Below are positions 1-9,000 of a stretch of DNA of 14,164 nt, in pieces. The stretch is from Candidatus Pacearchaeota archaeon (GTDB lineage: Archaea; Nanobdellota; Nanobdellia; Pacearchaeales; GW2011-AR1). Positions within the stretch are counted from its first letter, which is position 1. Each line of letters opens with the position of its first letter. The position numbers were made by a program, and so were the translations under genes. Under the pieces are notes generated by a model, which saw only the letters and a list, made by a program, of their open reading frames with translations, was not told the DNA's origin and ran no database searches. Location of the stretch: the NCBI GenBank assembly GCA_050124795.1, contig JASFEO010000021.1, positions 1 through 14,164 on the forward strand. The letters are read 5' to 3'.

Positions 1-2
1 AG

Positions 3-3000
3 AATACTGATAACCACGAGGGAAATCAATTGAGTGGGAATTTCGACGGGCGAATTGCAGATTTGGTTTATTGGAGTGATGGCTTTTTTATTACTGCGCA
101 AAATTTTTCTGATATTTATGATTTGGGTTTTGCTCTTCCTCCTGAAGTTACAATTAATTTGCCAATAGAACAAAATTATTCTTCTTCAAGTATTGATTTT
201 AATGTTACACTCGGAGAAGAAGGTTCTTGTAATTATACTTTGGATGAGGGGGGGACAAATAATTCAATGTCAACTCTGGATGATTATGAATTTTTTGCAA
301 CAAATAATTCCATCGCAGACGGACAATATATGGTTAGATATTATTGCGCAGGTTTAACAGGGGCACTTAATTTTACTGAGACAAGAAACTTTGGAATTGA
401 TACTACAAATCCTGTAATTGAAATTATTTATCCAGAAAACAAAAATTATTCCTACAACACTTCTATTGAATTAAATTTTAGTTTGACTGAATTGAATTCT
501 GATTCATGCTGGTATAATCTCGACGAGGGAAGCAATACAAGTTTAGTAGATTGCCAGAATTCCACATTTAATGCAAGTGAAGGAGCGCACACTCTTTATG
601 TTTTTGCAAATGACAGTGCAGGAAATTTCGGAACTGACCAAAAAAGTTTTTTTGTTGATTCAGTTTATCCGGAAATTTCTTTTGGCTCTGGGGTTGAAGT
701 AGATTATGCAAACAAGAGCCAGAGTTTTATTTTTGCAAATGTTAGTGTTATCGAGGACAATGAAGTGAATATAACTTTTGGTTTGTATGATGAGAATTAT
801 TCTGTTATTAATGAAACAACTTTTTTTAGTTCGGTCAGGTCGATAAATTTTACTGGTCTTGGTAATGGAATATATTATTATAATGTAAGTGTAGTTGATT
901 TTGCAAATAATTTTAATTTTACTCAGACGAGAAAGATTACGCTTGATACAAGTGGTCCTGAGATTACTATTGCAGAGCCAGAAGACTCAAAAACTTATGC
1001 AATAAATGAAAGTCTTCCGTTAAATTATAGTGTTTCTGATTTTCTTTTATTGGTTGACAGTTGCTGGTGGAATCTCGACGGCAATTCTAATTCAAGTATT
1101 GAGTGCGGGCAAAATACAACTTTTAATGCAAGTGACGGAGACCATATAATTAATTTTTGGGCAAATGATTCTCTTGGAAATGTTGTTTATTCTAATTCCA
1201 GCTTTGCTGTTTCCACGCTTGGCCCTGGAATTACTTTGAATTTACCTTCTGATGCAACTTATTTAGATTATTTGCAAAATATTAATTTTACTTATACTCC
1301 GACTGATCCTGATGGAGTTGATACTTGTGTTTTGTATGGGGATTGGGGAAGCGGATGGCATGCAAATCAAAGTGATTCAGTTATTTCTAATGCAAGTCTT
1401 AATGAGTTTATTGTTAATATGACTAGTGATGGAGATTATATTTGGAATGTCTGGTGTAATGATACCTTAGGTTTAACAAGTTTTGCATTGTCTAATTATA
1501 GTTTTACATTGGATACCACTAGTCCTGTAATTTCTTTTGCACCTTCTTTTCAATCTTATGACGAGGAATTAGAATGGGGATATGAAGGAAATCCAACAAA
1601 TCCTGAAAATGCAGTTGATGAGGATTTTGGAACTTTTGCAACTATTGACAGCCCCGGTGAAATAGATTTTATTTATGTTAATTATAGTGTTCCTATGTAT
1701 GTTTCAAGTGCAGATTTGGAATATCTTGTTGATTGGGATGTTTCAGCAGGGGAGATTCAGTGCTTTGATTATATTTTGAGTGATTGGGTTTTGTTAGATG
1801 TAATGGAGAATAATGTTCAGACAAATGCTTCTGTTCCAGTGAATTGCTATGCAGACGACAAACTCCAAATCAGAGCATATCGTTCATTAAGTCCTGGTCC
1901 AGGAAGTGTTGATTTTTATGAAGAGAAAATTAATTGGAATGTAGTTAGTTCTGAGATAAATGAAGCAAATAAAAGCGAGAATTTTGTAATTGTGAATGTT
2001 TTGGTTGATGAAGCAAATTTTGCGAGCATTAGTTTTGATTTATTTAATGACGAAGGATTAGTGAATAGCACAGTTTATTATGAGGAGACTTGGGGAATTA
2101 ATTTTACTAATTTAAATGATGATGTTTATTATTATAATGCAACAATTACTGATTTAGCAAATAATAAGGATTATACTCAGACAAGAAAAATTACTCTTGA
2201 TGTAACAAACCCCAATGCAACATTTGTTTCTCCTGAGAATGATACTTATTCAAATAATGTTACTCAAAATTTTACTGTTGATGTTGAGGATAATATTGAA
2301 CTTGTGAATGCGACTTTGTATATTTTTAATTCAGTTGGTAGTTTAGTTTATAATTCAACTGTTGTTTTGGCGGGAGCGACTTTTGCAACTGTGGGAGTTG
2401 TTTATGAGTTTTTGTCTGACGGAGTTTTTACTTGGTTTTACAAAGTTTTTGATCTTGCAGGTAATGAATATGCAACTGAAAACAGAACAATCACTATTGA
2501 TACCCTCAATCCTGTAATTAATTTTACTGTTGGCACTGAAGATGATGGAGGGGAATTTGAGAGACGCTTTATTTTTGCAAATGTAAGTGTGAATGAAACA
2601 AATTTTGCAAATATTACTTTTAGTTTATCTAATGATTCTGGGGTTGTTAATGAAAGTGTTTTTTTTGATGATACAAGAAGCATTAATTGGACTGATTTAT
2701 CAAATGCAAACATTACTTATTATTATAATGTGACTGTTACTGATTTGGCAAATAATATTAATTCAACTGAGACAAGAAGCATTAAATTATTTGATAGTGT
2801 GAGTCCTTCTTTAACTTTAGTAAACCCCACAAATACAACTTATAGTTATAATGAAAGTATTTCTTTAGATTATGTTGCAAGTGATTTAAATCTGGATTCG
2901 TGCTGGTATAATCTTGATGGGGGAGGGAATATGAGTTTGCCTGATTGTGAGAACACCACTATTGATGTTTCTGATGAACAAAGTCATACTCTTTATTTAT

Positions 3001-6000
3001 ATGCTAATGACAGTGTTGGGTTTGTCAGCAATGATAATGTTACATTTTTTGTTAATTCGAGTTTGGTTGTTACTGATGATTGGATTGTTTATCGGGACAG
3101 CACTTCTGTGGATGGAAGTTCAACTGATAATATAGGAAGTGCAGTTGATTCCGGCAAAGCATTTATTCTTCTTACTGCAAGAGATGGGGATTCTGGTCCT
3201 GATAGTTTGCAGGTTACTGGAAAGTTTTTGAATTCTCAGACACTTCAGTTTGATAATTATGCAACAGGAGAAGTGGCAACAGCCGCGTGGCAGGTGATTA
3301 CAGGTCCTGATTTAGATGTTCAGCGAGGGGAAGTTAATTATGGAACAACTAACTCAAGTTTTAGTGTTGATATTGATGAAGTTAATTTGTCTAATTCTTT
3401 TATTATAGTTTATAATAGATTGAACTCAGGAACTAATGCAGATAATGATGAGGGTTTTTGGAGAGGAAGTTTTTCTGGTTCTTCAAGTATAAGTTTTAGC
3501 AGGGATGTTACTGGAGATGCAGGTGTTGTTTCCTGGCAGGTTGTTTCCTGGGAAGGAGCAAGTGTTCAGAGTGGAAGTGTGTCTAGTGGTTCAAATAGTT
3601 ATATTGAAGATATTACTTCTGCAATTGATACTGAAAAAAGTTTTTTGATTTTTTCTTCAAGTGGTAATGGCGGATTAGATGATAATCATTATGGGGGATA
3701 TATTATTAATTCTACAAACTTAGAATTTTACAGACAAGATAATGATGCAACAATGAATATTGAGTGGTTTGTTGTTGAATTGAATTCTTTTAGAGTTGAG
3801 AGTGGAAGCACAAGTTTAACTGGTTCTGCTGGTCCGTTTAATGCAGGTTTAACAAGAACTCTTGGAGATTTGTCAAAATCTTTTAGTCTTGCATTTGCAG
3901 ACAGCACTGGGGGGGGAACAACTTTTGCAAATGCGATTTTTACTCATGGTTTGAGTTCTACGAGCAATATTCAATTTTACAAGGGGACTTCTTCTCAAAC
4001 AAATAATGCTTCTTATCAGGTTATTGAACTTGTTGAAGTTGTTCCGCCTGTTGTGAATTTAATTGAACCTGTTGATTCTGAAAATTTTTCTTCTTCTATT
4101 ATTAACTGGTTTAAGTATAATGTAAGTGATGATAGCTCAATTACTAATTGTTCTTTGTATGGAAATTGGTCCGGAGGATGGCATTTGGAAGACACTCAGG
4201 ATAGTCCTGCAAAAGATACTGAAAATAGTTTTAATGCAGTTGATGTTGCAGATGATGGAATTTATCTTTGGAATGTTGAGTGTTTTGATGCGTATTCTAA
4301 TAGTGCATGGGCTTCTTCTAATTTTAGTTTTGTAGTTGATGAGACCTATCCGGGGATTTCTTTTGCATCAGGTGTGGAAGAAGATTATTCAAACAAAAGC
4401 CAGAGTTTTATTTTTGTGAATGTAAGTGTAAATGAAACTAATTTTCTGAATATAACTTATGGATTGTATAATGAAAGTTATTCTGTTGTTAATGAAACAA
4501 GTTTTTTTGATGAAACATTGACAATTAATTGGACTGGTTTAGATGAAGGAATTTATTATTATAATGTTAGTATTTATGATGTTGTTGGGCATTTTAATTC
4601 AACAAGCACAAGAAAGATTACGCTTGACACAACAAATCCTGTAATTGAAATTATTTATCCAGAAAACAAAAATTATTCCTACAACACTTCTATTGAATTA
4701 AATTTTAGTTTGACTGAATTGAATTCTGATTCATGCTGGTATAATCTCGACGAGGGAAGCAATACAAGTTTAGTAGATTGCCAGAATTCCACATTTAATG
4801 CAAGTGAAGGAGCGCACACTCTTTATGTTTTTGCAAATGACAGTGCAGGAAATTTCGGAACTGACCAAAAAAGTTTTTTTGTTGATTCAGTTTATCCGGA
4901 AATTTCTTTTGGCTCTGGGGTTGAAGTAGATTATGCAAACAAGAGCCAGAGTTTTATTTTTGCAAATGTTAGTGTTATCGAGGACAATGAAGTGAATATA
5001 ACTTTTGGTTTGTATGATGAGAATTATTCTGTTATTAATGAAACAACTTTTTTTAGTTCGGTCAGGTCGATAAATTTTACTGGTCTTGGTAATGGAATAT
5101 ATTATTATAATGTAAGTGTAGTTGATTTTGCAAATAATTTTAATTTTACTCAGACGAGAAAGATTACGCTTGATACAACAAACCCCAATGCAACATTTGT
5201 TTCTCCTGAGAATGATACTTATTCAAGTAATGTGACGCAGAATTTTACTGCAAATGTAAGTGATAATATTGAACTTGTGAATGCAACTTTGTATATTTTT
5301 AATTCGCTTGGAAGTTTAGTTTATAATTCAACAGTTGTGCTTGTAGGGGCGACTTTTGCGACAGTGGGGATTACTTATGAGTTTTTGTCTGACGGAGTCT
5401 TTACATGGTTCTACAAAGTGTTTGACTTGGCAGGCAATGAATATGCAACTGAGAATCAGACAATTACTATTGATACACTTAATCCTGTGATTAATTTTAC
5501 TGTTGGCACTGAAGATAGCGGAGAGAATTTTTCCCGCTCTTGGATTTTTGCCAATGTGAGTGTGAATGAAACTAATTTTGCAAATATTACTTTTAGTTTG
5601 TTTAATTTATCTGAATCAATAAATGAAACAACTTTTTTCGATGAGACAAGGACAATTAACTGGACTGGTTTGGATGATGGGTTCTATTATTATAATGCAA
5701 CGATTACTGATTTGGCGGATAATATTAATTCAACTGAGACGAGGGAAATCGGGCTTGATACTACTGGTCCTGTGGTCGAGATTGTTTATCCTGAGGCAAA
5801 AGCCTATGGTTATAATGTAAGTTTACCTTTGAATTACAGTATTAGTGATAATTTGGTTGGATATGATTCATGCTGGTGGCATTTAGATGGGGGGGTAAAT
5901 CAAAGCATTAGTTGCGGACAGAATACAACTTTTAATACAAGCGATGGTGAGCATACTTTATATTTTTATTCAAATGATTCTTTTAATAATGTTGGAGGTG

Positions 6001-9000
6001 ATGAAGTGACTTTTTCTGTTTCAACTACTGGTCCTGCGATTATTCTGGATGAGCCGTTGAATAACACTTTTTTTAATTCAACTCAGATTATAATGTTTAA
6101 TTATACTGCAACTGACCCTGATGGAGTTGATGTTTGCAATTTATATGGAGACTGGGCGGGGGGTTGGCATTTGAATGATAGTTTTGATGATGCAACTGAT
6201 AATGAAACTTTGTCTGGAAATTTTTCTGTTGAGTTTAATGGAGATGGAAATTTTAAGTGGAATGTTATGTGCAATGATACTCTTAGTTGGGAGACATGGG
6301 CTTTGACAAATAATACTTTTACTATTGACTCAATTGTTCCGAAGATTAGTTTTAGTGCAGGAGTTGAAAATGATGAAAGCAATTTTTCAAGGAACTGGCT
6401 GTTTGTAAATGTAAGTGTTAATGAGACAAATGAGGCAAATATTACTTTTGGTTTGTTTAATGATGAGGGTCTAGTTAATAATTCTGTTTTTTTTGATGGA
6501 ACAAGAAGCATTAATTTTACTAATTTAAATGATGATGTTTATTATTATAATGTAACTATTGTTGATTTTGCTAATTATAAAAATTTTACAGAAACAAGAA
6601 CAATCACCCTTGATTTTCATAATCCTAATGCAACTTTGTTGAGTCCTGAGAATGAAACTTTTGCTCTTAATGCGACTCAGAATTTTACAGCAAATGTAAG
6701 TGACAATATCGGACTTTTGAATGCAACTTTGTATATTTTTAATTCAACCGGTCATTTAATTTATGATTCAACTGTTGTCTTGGCTGGGGCGACTTTTGCA
6801 ACAGTCGGCATTGTTTATAATTTTTTGTCTGACGGAGTTTTTACCTGGTTTTACAAAGTTTTTGATATCGCAGGCAATGAATATAATACTGAAAACAGGA
6901 CAATTACAATTGACACTCATTATCCTCAGATTGAATATGTTAATGGGACAGAGGATGACGGAAGTGAGTTTGAGAGAGATTTTGTTTTTGTTAATGTAAG
7001 TGTCAGCGAGGGAAATTTTGCAAATATGACTTACACTCTTTATAATAACACCGGGGGTTTGACTTTGGTTAATGAAACAACTTATTTTAATCTTACTGAA
7101 TCAATTAACTGGACTGGTTTGAATGACCAGAATGTAACTTATTTTTATTTGGTTAAAGTTGTTGATTTGGCAAATCAGGAAAATTCAACTGCTACATGGT
7201 CACTTAAATTAATTGATGTAACAAATCCTTCAGTATATATTTCTTCTCCGCAGAATCTTAATTATTCTTATAATGAGTCTCTTGATTTGAACTACAGTGT
7301 TAGTGATTTGCATCTTGATGAGTGTTATTATAATTTAGATAATTCAACTAATGTGAGTCTGCCGGGGTGTTTGAATGCTACTTTTAATGCAAGTCAGGGA
7401 AGTCATGTTCTTTATTTTTATGCAGAGGATGAACTTGGGAATATTAATAATAGTGAGGAAGTGAGTTTTTTAGTTGATTCTGTTGAGCCCTTACTTGATT
7501 TTGTTGTGCCCACTCCTTTGAATGCAGGTTATTGGAATAAGGATTCTTTATTTGTTAATACAAGTATTACTGAAGAGAATGTTGCGAATGTTACTTATAC
7601 TCTTTACAATAATACCGGGGGTTTAGTTTTGTTGAATGAAACAACTTATTATGAAAAAATTAATTTTATTAATTGGACTATTGCTGAAGGAAATTATTCT
7701 TATAATGCAAGTGTTTTTGATATTGTGAATTATAATGTTTCAAGTGAGATGCGGGGGGTAACTGTTGATTTGACTTATCCGGAGGTTTCTTTTGGTTGGG
7801 GGACAGAAGATAATGCAAGTGAGTTTGAGAGGGACTGGATTTATGTTGATGTTTCTGCATCTGATGACAATTTTGCGAATATAACTTTTGAACTTTATAA
7901 TGATACTGCTGGATTGACTTTGGTGAATAGCACAACTTATAATGAATTAAATTTAAGTATTAATTGGACTGGATTGAGTGATTTAAATGTGACTTATTAT
8001 TATAATGTGAGTGTTACTGATTTGGCGAACAATGTAAATTCTACAGGGGCAAGAATGATTAAGCTTGTGGATATTACTTTGCCAAGTCTTTTAATGACAA
8101 CGCCGGAAAATAAAACTTATAATTATGATACGAATATTCCTTTGGTGTATAGTGCGAGTGATACTCATCTGGATGGCTGCTGGTATAATTTAGACGGGGG
8201 GGGCAATGTGACGATCCCTGATTGTGCTAATACTTATTTTGATGCAGAGGATGGATTAAGCCATATTCTTTATTTATTTGCTAATGATAGTCTGGGTTTG
8301 GTTAATCAGACAAATGTGAGCTTTTTTGTTAATTCAAGTTTGATTTTTACTGATTATTATAAAGTTCTTCGAAGCAGTGTTTTTGTTGATGGAAGTCAGG
8401 ATGCTTCAATTGGAGAGACTGTTGATCCTGCTAAGTCCTTTGTTCGTCATACTTCGAGAAGTTCAGATTCAGGACCTGATTCTCTTTTTGTTAAGGGGGA
8501 TTTTTTGAATTCTCAAACACTTCAATTTGAAAATTATGCAGCAGGAGCAGGAGCAAATGTTGAATGGGAAATTGTTACTGGTCCTGATTTAAGTGTTCAG
8601 CGGGATGAAGTAAGTTATGGAACAAGCAATTTAACTATTCAGGTTCCGATTAATCAGGTTGATTTATCTGATTCTTTTATTATTATTTCAACTAGTGGTA
8701 ATTCAGGAACACAGGATTATAATCAGCAAGCCCGTTGGAGAGCCAGTTTTTATAATGATACAATGGTTGTTTTAAATCGGGGGGTGAGCGGGAATGTTGC
8801 AGGAGAAATTTCTTTGCAGGTTGTTAGTTGGGATGGTGCGAGTGTTCAGGGAGGAAGTTTTTCAATATCCTCTTCAGGTGGAACAGATTCACTTACGCCG
8901 GTTAATTTGGAAAATTCATTTTTAGTTTTTTCTTCAACTACTGATTCATCAACTGCACTTGATTACAACAATGTTGGAGGATTTATTGCTGATGCAAATA

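Noticed and set aside
30-32. TTG start of the giant ORF as given in the track
   Set aside because: Frame is open to the window edge, lies mid-domain and no signal peptide follows.
1545-1946. Intein as explanation for the nested insert
   Set aside because: No C-terminal HN-[C/S/T] or recognisable intein blocks; looks like an extracellular jelly-roll domain.
405-6914. Diversity-generating retroelement TR/VR pair
   Set aside because: The 547-bp copies show no mismatches; C-module copies differ mostly at synonymous positions of all base types, not only adenines; no reverse transcriptase in the window.
2438-7935. Short ORFs 2438-2713(-), 2947-3135, 4126-4335, 5623-5820, 6101-6511(-), 6763-6999, 7678-7935(-)
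   Set aside because: Alternate-frame or antisense shadows of the giant gene; their composition follows from its codon bias and the two similar antisense ORFs mirror B modules.
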